64,000 nt of DNA from Moniliella sp. 'wahieum' (lineage: Eukaryota). The notes below the pieces were generated by a model. That model was not told the DNA's origin and did no database searches. It was given only the letters and a program-made list of their open reading frames with translations. The stretch is from positions 806,001 through 870,000 of the forward strand of contig RSEE01000007.1 of NCBI GenBank assembly GCA_003971905.1, written 5' to 3'. The number at the start of each line of letters is the position of its first letter. Position 1 is the stretch's first letter. This document shows, piece after piece, positions 24,213 to 37,953 of the stretch. Both the position numbers and the translations under genes were made by a program.

Positions 24213-25066
24213 TTACTGGTGAGCGAACGGACATGCCCCGCCGGCCAGCGAGGCAGCACCCGTGTGAGGGTTGATGGCCGCCTGTGCCGCCGCCTCGCCC
24301 TGCAAAGGCTCAATCTCGACCCCGCGCTCGCCTGCCTGGCGCGCGATCTCGTGGAAGATGGCCATGGGGTCGTACCAAATGTCGATGCTCTCGAGCTGAA
24401 ACTTGTCGTTCACCTTGGCCACCACAATGCCCTCAATGCTCAGCGTGCCTCCGTGCGCCTTGACACGCACCATCTCCCCCTTGTCGTTGCGGCCGGTATA
24501 GTCGTTCTTCATCACACCCCAATGCCTCCACTTTGCCGCCACAGTGGGCGGGCCCGAGTAGACTTCCAGCACTTCCCATGCAAACGTAGGCATCATCCGC
24601 TTGAACGTCTTGTGCGACGCTTCAAAGTCGTTGTGCTCAGGGCTGTAGAACTGACTGTTACCCAGCAGAGCGTTGTACGTCCCCACCCGGAGCATGTCGT
24701 GTCCCGTTGTTCGTGGACCTCCGTTCAGACTAAACGTGTAGTTGCTCTGGTCGATCGTACGCCAGTCCTCCAGGTTGGGCTTAAAGCTAGCCTCGATTTC
24801 CCAGTTCTTGACAAGGTTGGAAACAAGATCAGGAAGCGAACCAGCTTCCCAGTTGGTGGTCTTCGCTGTGTACACAATTCAGAAGGTCAGAAAGAGAGAG
24901 CGATGGAAGAACATGCAGATGTGAATGATAGAATGCGTCGTCTCGTCAACATACTCTCGTTGGCAAACTCGCGCGTCTTCTTGTAGTTGGGTGCCATCTT
25001 GTGGCGCCAGGTAACATTGTCCTTCAGGACGGCATCCGGGTCGGTCATGTAGTCGGGAATAGACAT
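24213..25066 (-). CDS. Pathogen-related protein (SnoaL/NTF2-like fold family)
   Basis: MSIPDYMTDPDAVLKD..WRH..APNY, then intron 24866-24954, then LVSNLVKNWEIEASFK, WRTID, GTYNALL, SHKTFKRMMPTFAWEVLEVYSGPPTVAAKWRHWG. Confidence 0.88.
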
Positions 25067-26262
25067 GGCGATGAAAGTCAAGACTAAAGTGGTGGCAACG
25101 GGAAAGAAACAGTGCTGACAAACGTCAAAAGGGGAGGGCTTTAGCTCAGGGAAGGTGCGCCGCGTTCTCCTCGCTCACGCACCCACACATCCCAGCCCCC
25201 CGGCCAAGCCCTTCAACCTCCACCTCTCTTTCACCATGGTGAGGCCTGGGGCCTGGGGCCTGTGTATGTGAGCGGCCCGAGAATGCTGACATATGTGACG
25301 GGGGCATAGTAAGGTGACTGACGGTGACTGGTGACCCCCATCCCGTATATAGGCCGTGTGCAAGTGCAGGACTTCGAGATTCAAGCCTGCTAGCGTCAAA
25401 AGGCCTCTGTAGCTTCTCGTCTCAGATCTCAGAACTCATTGATCTCACTCATTGAGATAGTGAGGCCTCAGCCTGAGGCCCCAACTTCTCAAACCGAGCA
25501 CCTCTTAGTAACACTTTGCGGACGGGAAAAACTAGCAGTACAGCGTGCGGAATCTCGTACTTGACGCATAGTCTGCAGATGAACGGGATTTGTTGGCGGG
25601 GTGGGCACCGGGCGCTAGACCCACTATACAACGGCTTACATTTGAGTTTTGGAGCGGCTGAGCCACCGCTTGCCGCCCCTAAGCGCCCGCTGAGAGACTA
25701 GCCTTAGTGTCATCCATTGCATCATATACCTTCGACTCGGGTTCAGGCTTCTTAGGCGCCCATGTGCTCATACGGGTTAGATATATGCGATTGTCATAGA
25801 AATAGTTACGCGTTACGCCCGCGGACGTACGACCGGCACCGACATGCTGTCAGTTATGAGGCACTTTGTCGCAGTGAGTGACTGCCGCCGGGACGTCTGT
25901 GACATGGTGTAGTGGCGGGAATCCACATGCTCCCTAATCTAGACACCTGACGTGGTCCGCCAAGCTCCGCCCCATCCTATGCTCCAAGTGATCGATGATC
26001 CCTGTAGAGCTGTGGCAGGCCGCAGGTCGAGAACTCCTTGGTGTTACAATCAGCCTTTGCACCATGGAGCGTATGACGGGGGTGATGCAGTGATGCAATG
26101 GAGACTACTGTGACATGTGACATGTGACAAACGTGACGGGTGTGGCGCCAAACGGTGCCGCCAATGTCTCCATCGAGCCGCTCCCTGTCGTTCTCTGTCG
26201 TTCTCAAAGAGAATGTGAACGGCGTGCAAGTGTTGAATGGCCGACGGTGAAGGTGATGAACG

Positions 26263-26311
26263 TTGAAGCTTGAAGCTTGAAGCTTGAAGGCTTGAAGGCT
26301 TGAGAAGCTTG
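26263..26311. repeat. (TTGAAGC)n heptamer tandem repeat, degenerating at the 3' end
   Basis: ttgaagcttgaagcttgaagcttgaaggcttgaaggcttgagaagcttg. Confidence 0.9.
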
Positions 26312-27480
26312 GTGGTCTAACTATAAGATGGGCGAGGTGGACGTTGATGCGTGCTTTCGGTCTGGATTGATCTCATTGATCGATAATCCGGTAGTGCCAG
26401 TATAAGTGTGTGTGAAAGCGCGAGAGGATGCCTACAGGAGGAAAGCAGTCACAGTAGATGGACCACACACGTTCTGTCGAAGTGCAAGGGAACTAATGTT
26501 GAACGTCAAACGGATAAGCAAGGCCAAATTGTAGCGGAGGTTCAACAACGTCTGCGCATGTACTCACCACTGCGGCCGCGGTGACCCACACTTCTGCGGG
26601 CTGTGTGCCCGAAAGTCGTGTGGGCAGAGAGTCTATTGATGGAAAAGGGAGGACAGATACTGCTGTGGGCTCGGTTTCACTTCAGAGTGTGTACTGACGT
26701 TTTGGTACAGCCACACTTGTAAAGGGAAGATAGGGTATAGAACGGGGATAGGCGCGTAAGGTGAGCTGCGGAGAGAAGAGATAGTAGGCACAAGTCTCAA
26801 GGAAAAAGATACCAGTGTGTGGCAAAAAGGAAACGCCGAAATCAGGAAGCGCGTCCCAGAGCGGCCGGTCACACGTGAGTTGTTCTAGGGCCTGAGGCTG
26901 AAGCTCTGAAGCCTGTTAAATGATGTGTGAGTTGAGTCCCTCTTTCATAGTGACATCATACTACAAAACGGGCCCACGGTTATCGGGTACCGTTTTGCCT
27001 GTTGGTCCCTACTGCAGAGATGACCTAGCTCTATACGATCTTCCCCTTTTCCACCTTCTTTCCTCGTCAAGGATAGCCAAACCATACACTCAGCCCACTC
27101 TTTAAACCGAAGTGCCCAACCCTCGCAGTAGGAATCATCTGCAGTGGCAAGCAAACAAACTAAGTGCAGCAAGAACACATAGCCGAATGACGGGGTCATA
27201 AATACAAGCGTGGGCCACCATGACAAAACCATAGTGGGACCGGAAACAGCAAGGCATTGAAGCAACGCAACAGGGGAACGTAGAAAGGGGTATACAGCGT
27301 CCCGGCCAAACGCAACCTCAAAAGAGGCTTTGGCCGTATCGGGACACAGGCGCCACCAAACAATGGACGTACATGTGTGGCGGAGGGGAAGAGGGTAGCA
27401 TAGAACGGCGAAACAGCAGGGATAGGAAAGAGGGAGGTATCGTGACCAGACGTACTCCCACCATGGTGCGTGTTAGGTGA

Positions 27481-28891
27481 TTAGGTGTACTCTGGTGCCG
27501 TTGTTCCGCTGGATCCAGGGACCCAGCTTTCGGACGTCTCGAGTGCCGCCACGATACCCCCAGCAAGCCCCGTCCAGCGGGGCCGAGCAGCCCCAGGCTT
27601 CGGGGGTACGGGGCAGAGGCTTGAGGAATGTGGCCGTGCGGGGTTTGTTTCTTGCGCTGTTCTTTGCGTGCTGCGCGGGCAGCTTTGGCTGCCCGGTGTC
27701 GCGCCTTTCTTTCCTGCCGCCGCGCTGCTTCTTGTACATCGTCTGCCAAGCCAAATGCCATCTCAGGACTCGGCTGCTCGTCCTCGCTCGACTCGGTATC
27801 CGGCGCAGTAGAGGGATCTGATTTGTCCGCCTTGCTGGTACTCGGTTCCGTTTCTGGCGACTCCCCCTCCTCCTCGGGGTTGCTGACCATCACCGCATCA
27901 ATGGCCATGGGGATGCTGAGCGTGACACGCGCCAGTTGGAGTGTAAGACGCAGGCGTCCAAACACGTCAAAGTACGACAATTGGCGTAGCGCATGTTGCG
28001 TCTCGTAGAGGCGGATCAGTTCGAACCGGATGATGCGGAAATACTTTTGTCCAGCAAGGACAACGGCACGAATGCGTTTGAACATGCCTTCAAAGTTTTG
28101 CACCGCATCCTCCCCCAATTCCAGGCCAGGGTTGGCCTCGTTGAGCGCACTGATCATGACCCGGATCATCTCAAAGTCCCCATCCATAAACTCGGAAAAG
28201 ACATTGTACAGCACACCGTTGAGCGTCTCGTCATTGATGCCCTCGTCAAACGAGGTGGCGGCCGGGGTGGTGCTGATGTCGCTCCGACCACTTACATCGT
28301 ACATGCGCCGAGTGGTGGGCTTGGATAGTGTTTCGTACGCAAGCGAGATGCGTTGAAAGGCAAGTGTGGTAGGAGGATAATCGGGCAATTTGCTGGACAC
28401 GGGCGAGAACGGAAATGGGGTTAGGCATTAGGGGGCTACAGAAATGGACAGAGCGAGGGGCCAAACGTACTCGGGGTGGCAGACGCGGCTGCGCATGAGA
28501 AACCCGCGTCGGATCTCCTCGATCTTGGCGGTGCGACTGACACCAAGCAGCTTGTACAGATCCTCCTCCTGGAGAAGATCATCAATCATCGCCACCTTGG
28601 CGCGGCGGATGTTCTGAGCGACGCGCTCGGCCTCGGTGAGGTTGATGTCCTCGTAAGGCGGTGGCGGGGAGCCTGGCTCGGGGTCCAGGTAGGCATCGGG
28701 GGTGGCAGACGTGGCGGTGCGCGGGACCGAGTTGCGCTGGCTGCGCTTGACACGCACATTGTCGTCACGGGCGTCACGGTCATCGGGGCCGGTGGCCACG
28801 CCGCGCGCTGGGAAGGGGTCAGCAGGAGGGCGCGGAGATAGGTGGCGGGGAGGCACATACCCAGCGAGTAGAGCGTCGAGGCGACGAACAT
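27481..28891 (-). CDS. DnaJ (J-domain) protein
   Basis: ATG 28891 (MFVASTLYSL), intron ~28808-28860, DLYKLLGV..IEEIRRGFL..SRVCHP-D with the HPD completed across intron 28393-28470, then AFQRISLAYETLSKPTTRRMYD. 3' end is frameshifted. Confidence 0.88.
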
Positions 28892-29391
28892 GGGGGGGGG
28901 GGCGAGGGCGCAGACGCAGACGCAGATGGCGCGCAGAGAACAGCACAGCGGCGCCCGGGAGGAGAAGGAGGTGGTGTTGGCGAGGGGCCTGGCGCGGCAA
29001 TCAGGCATGTAGACTGGCTGGGCAGCAGCAGGTCGGGCACAGGGGCAGTGTTGCGTTTCTGCTGCCAGTTCTGCTTTCAGTTTCTGCGGCCATTCTGCCT
29101 TCATCACACTCGCCCCGCATTCACGCACGCAGCCCAACCCTAGCGCTCTCCCTCCCGCTGCTCGCCACCCCCGGCACTGCCCCCCTGCCCATCCCCTATA
29201 TATCATGCACCACGCCGCCACCCATGGATCCCCCATCGCATCCATGCTCGCCTACACGCAACTAGTACCTACCGCCAACAAAACACCCCTCCTTAGCCCA
29301 CCCGCGATGAGCAAGCCGTACCTAGCCAAGCACCATTCCATAGAGAGAGCAGGCGCGTCCAGCCCACTGGTGGCCGGGAGGACGCGTCGCC

Positions 29392-31588
29392 TCAGGCGGG
29401 GGGCCGCGCCACGGGCCGGATGCGCAGCGTCAGGCCAAAGCAGACAAGCGAGATGAGGATCTGGATGAGCCACACCGAGTTGCGCCGCAGTAGCGACGCG
29501 TCCTGTGCCGCGAATAGGCAAATAACGAAGTGCTGGCCGCCGGGCCGATGGTGCGGCTAAACGAGCCACACATGGACGAGAGGCCGTTGATGGCGCCCAA
29601 CGCGGCGCGCGAGGGCGCATGCTGGTTGATCAGCACCGTCGCTGCCACCAGCGACGTGTTGGTCAGCACTTTGAGCAGCACCATCGACCCCATGCAAAGC
29701 CAGGGCAGGAGCGGTCCCTGGTGCTTGCTTTGCGCCACTCGTGCAGCAACCTGCGCCAGCGGGAAGCAGACCCACACCAACGCTTGCAGCGGAACGGCGC
29801 GACGAATCAACCCGAGCGCACCGCGGTAGTACCGCATCAGGCTCGGCAGCAGACCCAGTTGGACCACGATGCTCAGCGCCCCCGTCGCACCCAGGATGTT
29901 ACCAATGTCAGAGCGATTGAAGCCGATGCCCCCATGCTGAACGCGAGTGTAGCAAAACAGAGGCAGCACGGCCATGTAGGAGATGTTGAGCAGGTTGAGC
30001 AGCATCTGGCATTTGCAATCCCAACCGAGCAGCAGTATCGATTAGTAGGACTCGGGCACGCAGGCAAGAGAAGTTAGACATACCTGGGAGGAGATGACAG
30101 TCAAGATATCAAAGGTCATCAAGCTGCTGAGAGGAGGAGGAGTCAAATGGGGTGGATCATGCTCAGTTTCCTCGTCGCCGTGGGCAGTGCCGGCCGAGGG
30201 CGCCGAGGGTGCGTGGGACAGGTTGCTGGAAGAACGGTGCTGGTGAAAATAATGACCGAGGCCATGCACATGCAGCGCCGGTGCCAACGCACGATCGTCC
30301 GAACCCACTTGGCGGTGGGTACCAGCGACCAAGTCCCATGCGCTGTTTCGTCTCCTTGACTGCGGAGACTGATCCGCCCGAGCCAGCGCGGCCACAGTCA
30401 AGGCCGAGCCCTCGTTTTGCTCGCCATCCTGGTACAAGCTCGAAAGGCGGCGCTCCGTACTGATCTTGCGCTGGCGGTCGGAGGGGGACGTGCGCCCCGA
30501 GGGCACGCTCCGCCTCCACTGCTGCGCCTCCACCTCGGATGCCAGACTACTTGGCATAGCTTCCAGATGCGGGTGGAGAGAAGAACGGGGGGCAGGAGGA
30601 GAAATGGTGCCGTAGCTCTGTCCTTGGCTCTGACCTGGGATTGGTTTCGTAGACGAAGGGTTGGATGGCTTGTCGGGTTGCGAGCCAGGGGGCTCGGTGC
30701 CCAGGGTCTCTGGAGGAAGAAGGTCCCCAGAAGAATGGCGGCAAGGTTAAAGAGCGAAGTGACAAAGCAAGGGAGAGCGAAAGGGTACCGGGCAAAGAAG
30801 CGAGGGTCGTGCTCGTGCCCTGGGAGGTAGTTGCCCTCCTTGTCCAACACATTGTAGGGGTCAGCTAAATTGGCCCCAAAAGGGACCAATCAACGTGCCA
30901 ATTGCATACGAGAGTGGGACAAACGCGAATGCCCGGGCTTGGTTGGTGCTAAACGCGGAACCATGTCAACATACAAAACCACTACACAGAGGAAGACGTA
31001 CGAGTCGGTAATTTCAGCAATGCTGGCCTTGAGAACACCAACGTTTCCATTGCTAAATCCAGCAATCAGTCGGGCCGCGATGAGCGATGGCAAGGAGGTG
31101 CCCATGCCAAAACAAACGACTGAGAAGAACGTGCCCGACAGACCGATGAGGAGAATGGGTTTCCGACCATACTGGTCGCTCAATCGGCCCCAGAGCAGTA
31201 CGACGCAGACCTGGGCCGCGGCAAAGGCACTTTCGATGAGGCCGGCATAGTACCCTAGCTCCTCGTGCGGAATGGTAGGGAGGACGTGCTGGAGAAACTG
31301 AGCAATGTAAGGGAAAATTTGCAGCTGGGCGATGGGCTCCGACATGCGCATCAACAGCAGGACCATCAACGCCGTCTTGGGTAACGGCGTCTCTGGTACG
31401 TCCAGATCCTCCTCTTCGGCACTGGAGATGGAGAGGGCCCGTTCCGCTGCCTCCAGGTCGCTGCTGCTCCCCGAGTCAGAGGGAGGCACCGAGGCTGGCC
31501 GGGGCGGCAGATCATCATCCGCGGACGCGATGGGCTGGTACTGCGTACTTGGTTCCCGCCGGAATGGACGAGTCAACCAGGCGAGCAT
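29392..31588 (-). CDS. Major facilitator superfamily transporter with a long central loop
   Basis: ETPLPK, IFPYIAQF, GYYAGLIES, WGRLSDQYGRKPILLIGL (MFS motif A), GNVGVLKASIAEITD, RYPFALPC, APSRAALGAINGL, RTIGPAASTSLFA. Introns and frameshifts. Confidence 0.9.
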
Positions 31589-31850
31589 GACCGGAAACAA
31601 GAGTGGGGGTGGGCAGGGGGACCCAGAATGGTGGTGGTGTGGTGGGGAAGCGAAGAGGAGAGGCAAAGCAGTGGCGTGCTACTCCAGTCGCAATCATACA
31701 CAGGTGATGTCTCGTCTTCAAACGTACTGTTATTACCCCTCTCTCTCGGCACATCGGCACGAGCATGTGCCTGGTGGCGCACTGCTCGGATCTGCTCGGA
31801 AACTCTCGGATTTAAAAACGATCCCAACCCCTCCTCCCAAACAAATGAGG

Positions 31851-31885
31851 CTTGAAGCTTGAAGCTTGAAGCTTGAAGCTTGAAG
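31851..31885. repeat. (CTTGAAG)x5 perfect heptamer repeat
   Basis: cttgaagcttgaagcttgaagcttgaagcttgaag upstream of the MFS gene. Confidence 0.95.
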
Positions 31886-32247
31886 GGGGAAATGGTGGGG
31901 ATGCTGCTGCCCCCACTCCTTCAAAAATACCTGTCGAAATAGCAACCTGTCACCTGCACTTTCAGAACCGGTGCGGGTACAGGTTCTGATACAGAACCGG
32001 GCCGGCTACTTGGTTTGTTCACGATACAGAGCAGTGAGTATCTTCCCAGGCGGAAAACACCAACGCGTCAACCAGCGGCAAGTCATGTCAAGGCGGGGAG
32101 GGAGGGGGATGAGCAATCTCCCTGTTCTGGGGGAAGCGAGGGCCAGCCAAAATCCCTCGCGTCCCCAGGAGGGCGAGTGAGACTTTGTCCAAGCAGACCT
32201 CTCTCGCCCCACTGTCCCCCCCCATGGGAAGGACAGAGAGTTCGTAT

Positions 32248-32860
32248 TTATTGCGGGATGGGCTCGCAGACAATGTTGGTCTTGCTTGGGTCTTGCGGGA
32301 GAAGACAGATGAATCCGAAGCCTTGCATGGTAGCAAACAAGTCCTTCGCCTCCACTGCCACGTCAATGCACTGCGTGGGGGCACCGGGTGCGGAACGGCA
32401 GAGCTTGGTCGTCCCCGATCCCCTCACGCCGTCAAAACTGTACTTGGCTCCACCGGGACGTTTGGATCCTTCCGCAGCGCCAACAAAGGTAGCAATCGTC
32501 TGGCGCGTCTCGGGGGTGCCAGGCGCAGGGGAGGAGCGGGGGCCCTGCGCAAGGCGGGAGAAGAGGTTAATGCGTGCTGGTCGGGTCGTGTGAGGGCCAG
32601 GTAGGGGCCCCGAAGGGGCAAAAGCAGGGCCCAAGGGTAGCACTTACATGGTACTGAACCAGTCAAACGTCGGTCAATGGGGACTCGACGAGGCGAAAAG
32701 GCAAAGGGAGCAACGGAGGTCGTGGCCAAGGTGCTTGTCGCCCGAGTCGACGATCGTGCGAAGAAGCCGCGGGTACCAGCTTAGCTGGCTGGGACGTGCG
32801 CGACCTGGGGTCTGGTTCCTGGCACAGCGTCAGTGTGAGATGTCTATGACGCCAACCCTG
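32248..32860 (-). CDS. Small hypothetical protein with a Cys-containing C-terminal domain
   Basis: Globular-looking last exon AKYSFDGVRGSG..LCRS..CIDVAVEAKDLFATMQGFGFICLLPQDPSKTNIVCEPIPQ*. GTAAGT donor near 32647 and a candidate ..GCAG acceptor near 32545. 5' end unresolved. Confidence 0.45.
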
Positions 32861-33375
32861 ATTATGACCGATGATCACGATGATCGATCCTCAGACGAAT
32901 GACCAAACCCTACGACTCTGTTTTCCCAATCCAGTCTCTACCCTTAAACGCTCCTGGGCCCCGCCTCTGGTATGGCCACCCCTGGCGGGATGAGGCCTAG
33001 TAAGGGGATCCGACCGCAAGGAAGGCAAAACTACACTGAGCCTAGTGGCGTTCTCCTGGAAAGATGGGGGGATTTGGATGCGGTTTTCGTTGGCTTGAGC
33101 CAAGCGTGGGGCCAGAAAGGAGCAGAGGCGGGAGAGGAGAGAGGAGGGGAGGAATGTTGCACGTCACGCTTTTACGCAGCTGGGAGTCCCACGAGTGCGC
33201 GCAAGGACAAGCAGATGCGACGAAGTAGTCTAAGCACTCTCGCGCCTTACACTCAGGCGAGTACCATGCGGGGGAATGAAAGGCAGGCAATGCAGGATCA
33301 GGTGTGACCTCCGGGGAAGGAGAGCCAAAATAGCGTAGCAAAGCCCGAATTCGAGGAGCAGGCCTAGGCAAACAC

Positions 33376-33879
33376 TTAGAGCTGGCAGCCAATGTCGTCC
33401 TGGACACGGGTGTTCATAATCAGGGCGACAATAAGGCCGTACAGGCCGAGCACCTCGGCGAAAATGAGGATAAGGACCATACCGATGAAAAGGCGAGGTT
33501 GTTGGCCGTGCCGCGCACACCAGCGTCACCCACTACACCAATGCAAACCCAGCAGCCAGACCAGCCAGACCCACAGAGAGACCGGCGCCAAGTTGGACAA
33601 AGCCGGCGTAGAGCGACATGGGCGACTTGATGCCGGACGAGATGAGCACCGATACGACCAGGCCGTAGATGGCCACGATACCGGCCATAATGACGGGATG
33701 ATAGACTTGATGAGCAAGTCGGGGCGCAGGACACCCATCGCACTCAGACCCACGCCGCTCTTGGCCGTGCCGTACGAGGCGCCAAAGCAGGTGAAGACAA
33801 TGGCGGCCGCGCAGCCCATGGCGCCAAAGAAGGGCGCGTAGACGGGGCAAAGCTCCGTGTTGAAGTCGGTGGCAGGCAT
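33376..33879 (-). CDS. VMA3: V-type ATPase V0 16-kDa proteolipid subunit c
   Basis: [106 protein letters not shown]. Intronless; small frameshifts. Confidence 0.95.
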
Positions 33880-34341
33880 GGTTCTGTGTGCGCAGGGGAG
33901 AAGAGTCAGCGAAGGGCGCGGCGCGGCGGGGGGTGGACGCACATCGAAGAGCTGCGCGGCGGAAGGGGCTGGGCAGGCACAGAGGCAAGGTGGTGGAGAA
34001 AGACAGGCGGCGGGAAACGGCAGGCGTTCGGCTGCAAACCAGGGGGCGGGCGGGCAGGAGCAGCCGCACACTGGCGCCATGCCCACGCTGGTCCGTGTGC
34101 GAATTGAAGTTGGCCACGCCCCAATTCCGCCTGGCGGACGAGCAGCCGGGAGGGAAGGGTGGCCACGTGACGCAACACGTGCGCCTGCCCAGCGCACGAG
34201 CACCATGAGGGGAATGCAACACTATACGAACCACCTCTGCTCCGCAGCGGCTGGGCCAGATAAGCTCCTGGATTGGGCTGCTCAGCCTACGCATTTGCGT
34301 TGCCACCCTTCCCTGGCTGCCTCGCCACCGCCCCCACCGCC

Positions 34342-36190
34342 ATGGCCGACGCCAGCATCACCGCCACCCCCGCACCGTCGCCTTCGTCCCCCCCGGCGGG
34401 CACGAATACCCCACCACTCCCGCCGAGTACACGCCCCTGTCCCAGCTGGGCGAGGGCTCGTTTGGCAAGGTATATCTGATGCAGGTCCAGCGCACCGGAG
34501 AACTGGTTGCCGTCAAGAAGGTGCCCCTTGATGACCCCAACAACTACGAGGGCCTGGAAGACGCGCTGGGAGAAATTGCGCTGCTGATGCGCCACAACAG
34601 CCCCCGCCTGGTCAAGATGCTGGCCTCCTTTGTCTCCCGCTCCAACCTGTGGATCGTGATGGAATACTTGGCAGGCAACTCATGCCTTGCTCTGCTCAAG
34701 GCCCGTGTCTTTACTGAGCCCGAAGTGGGCGCGGTGTGCAAGGCGCTGGTGGAAGCTTTGGACTATGTTCATGTCCAAGCCCAGCAGATCCACCGTGACC
34801 TCAAGGGCGCGAATGTGTTGCTCGCCGAGGACGGGCGCGTGTGTCTGGGCGACTTTGGCGTCGGCGCACAGCTCAACCACTACTTTAGTCACCGGCATAC
34901 CCAGACTGGCACCCCGTATTGGATGGCACCCGAGGTGATCACCGAGCAAGGCTATGACGCCCGAGCTGATATCTGGTCTTTGGGCATCACCGCCATTGAG
35001 CTCGCCAAGGGTGCCCCTCCGCATACTGACTTTCACCCCATGCAGATCATCCCGCTCATTCCACGCGCAGCCCCTCCCATCTTGAACAAGCCCGACGACG
35101 TATCCCGGTTTTCTCCGCTGTTTCGAGACTTTGTCGCCTGCTGCTTAACCAAGAACCCGGCCAAACGTCCGACAGCGGCACAGCTGCGAGACCACCCGTT
35201 CATCCAACAAGCTGGCGCTGACACCGACCTGCTGCCGCCTTTGATTGCTGAGTATCGCACCTGGAAAAGGGAGCAGGATGGGGACCAGCCCTCTCCCGTT
35301 CCAGAGATGACCGCAGCCACCGTCACCCTCAGCCGTTCCTCCAATTGGTCCTTCTCGACCCACACCCACATTGACACCCCCATCCCCGGCGTCACCCACC
35401 CAGCCTCGTTTGCCCCGCCTGAGCTGGACGAAGACGGTTCGTTGGACGGTGACAGTTCTTTCGAGGCAGACGAGGAGTTGAACCAGGCATTGGCCACCTT
35501 GAAGCTGGCCAACCCATCCATGGAGGTAGTAGAGGGTACCCTTCGTCCACCTCCCTTGTCCCGACCTGCGGCCGCTGCCGATGACAGTGCGTCCGGCACG
35601 CCGTGTTCCAATGCTACCGCATGCCAAGATACCAGTGCGCGTGCCCCGGACCTGGCCGGCCAGGATTTGGTCCAGATGCTTCTTCCGGTGCTGCGCAAGC
35701 ACCAGCAGATCGCCACCGATGGCACAGATGGCCAAGCCAACCCCCAAGCTTCGGAGGCGCTCTCCACCATGGCCTCGGGCATGGAGGCCCTGGTCGAAGC
35801 CGATCCAGCGGGTGCATATGACCTGGTGGTGGATATGGTGCTAACACTAAACGAGTATGTCCCCCCTTTTGCCCGCTTCCCTGGGAGTCGAGTGAGGCTG
35901 ACGAGGCTGGATGGTGGCGCAACAGGTCCGACCTGGCCCGGCGCGAAATCGCATCGGGGTTCAGCCGAACGTTGAAACAACGCATCCAACCACCAACGCC
36001 GGCGCCCGCGCCTGCGCCGCTGCGTCACCGCCACTCCCACCTCCCGCACCTGAAACACTCTAGCGAGCACTCCCGCTCTTCCGAAGACAGCGAGACCGTC
36101 CCTGATTCCAGCCCACCCGAGCCTGAACGGCATCCAACGCAAGAACTGTTGTTTGGACGGTGGCTCGATGGCTTGAAACGCTTGCTCTGA
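34342..36190 (+). CDS. STE20-group germinal-centre kinase (Sid1/Don3/MST3-like) Ser/Thr kinase
   Basis: [55 protein letters not shown]. Intron 35855-35925. C-terminal [12 protein letters not shown] motif; no CRIB domain. Confidence 0.92.
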
Positions 36191-37953
36191 TCCTTCCCGC
36201 ATTCTCCCCAGCCTCCTTTCACATACCTTTTCCCTTCCTGCTTGCTATCTACTACCCTGACTCTTCATCTGATTGTAAGCCCATGCGCCTTTTCGCGCCC
36301 AACGGACGCTGCACGTTAACCCTGGCCCTGGCCAGCCTCACCCCGGCTGCTATATATGGTGAGCGAAGCCAGATGTTCTCACTCCCCATTCGTCCTCTCT
36401 CATCTTATCATTCCGTACCTACATACCCCATCATCCTTTTCCAAATATACTCATTTTGGGCAACTACTTTTGAATCTACCTTGGGGGCACGAGATGCAAA
36501 CCTTTCTGCATGCCGTGCAGACCAGCAGTGTAGACTTCGTTCGTCCCACTCGAGAGCATTGCGTGCGGATCCTCTTCCATCGCACTGCCCCCCTCACCTC
36601 CTTCCCTCTTTCGCCCTATTATTGTCCTATACGCTCAATTCCTCTCGCGCGCCATGCGCCCCTTCCCTCCGTACAGTTCATGGGACCCCCCCCTGAGCCC
36701 GATCGCCCTGTTCCCGTGGCTCCTTGCGGGGCGGCCCTCTGCGGCGTCCGATCCACTCGCTCCCCCATCACTGCCAGACCTCTGGCTTACTACCAGTTAC
36801 CCAGGCATCCACCAGTGGCACATGCGTTTATGTCGTGCAGACAGAAGTCACTAGTCGTGGTCATAAATACCGTAAGCAGTCAGACGCAAACGGTGTCTGA
36901 TGTTGGGCTCGTGTCCCTTGTGACAACGTAGGAGGGCAACGCTCTGGAAAGGAGTCAAATCCGACCGACCTCCCATGACTCACTTAACGTGTGTGTGAGT
37001 AGGTAGATGCTCATCGCTGCAAGTGAAAGGCACAAATGTACCGTGTTACTCGTCCCACACGTTTTGCCAGGCACACAGGGGTGGGCAACCGCTGTAAGGA
37101 ACGGGCTGTTGAACGGGTATTAACATGGTAATCCATTACCTGGCAGCCACCTATTGCATGTGTCGATTGTACGAAAGGTATCGATGAAGCAGGGAGGCCT
37201 GTGGACTGCCTTGTGGGCTTGCCCCATATGGTTGGTAGAGTGACTCGGAGCGCACTGAGGCACAGTCCTCAGCCTGAGGACCGATAAGGTCTGAGGTTAC
37301 CAAGGCCAGAGAGGTGCTGGGGCCGCTGAGTGTGGCGGGGCGGTAAAAAACGGCAAGTGGTGGTGAGAGCGAGTAAGATCAACAGCGTGAGAAGAAGAGG
37401 GTGGCGGGGGGAACACGTTTTAAACGCAGAGAGCACGTTGAGTACATCCATACTAAGTACCCGAGTGGTATTGAGTAGAATAAGTACCAATGTTCCGTTG
37501 TAACCATATGGTCCTACCAGGCCAAGCACATGTCTGCAAGCATGTGCCTATTGGCCTTTCGGCGAATTAAATGTTCTACGGAAAAGTACTGGTGCTGTAG
37601 GATAGCATCGAGACGCTATGATGGTTTTCTCTTCTGCAAAAAGGCGGGGGGGATTTGAGCGTCTTGGACATGGAAATCATCGAGATGTCGATCCAGCATC
37701 ATGCAGAACATCACTGTAAACACTGTCCGCTATGTACTTTGGCAGTGGTATGGCAACGGTCCACGTATGGGGAGGCAGCTGTTGGCCGTTGGTACAGTAC
37801 ATTTTCATTGCTTTGGGGGCGGGGGGCGCTGCAAAATGATGCGGGGCACAAGCAAACGAAACCAAACAACCGACATTGGCGTGGCGGTGGCCACGGGACC
37901 GAGCCTACACCGAGCACCGCTCAGGGTGCGTTAGCGTTCGGCCGTTTCGGGTC

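Noticed and set aside
25175..25240. Short ORF ending CVGA* as a CAAX lipopeptide pheromone
   Set aside because: Poor CAAX (Gly at a2), no pheromone-like composition, and it lies in the promoter of the pathogen-related gene.
26585..26624. Hairpin CCCACAC..CGGGC-tgtgt-GCCCG-AAA..GTGTGGG resembling a hammerhead ribozyme
   Set aside because: It lacks the CUGANGA core and a third stem; it is just an imperfect hairpin.
14068..36190. Possible mating-type locus (G-alpha plus STE20-group kinase)
   Set aside because: No STE3 receptor, homeodomain genes or convincing pheromone precursor. The kinase is GCK-type without a CRIB domain.
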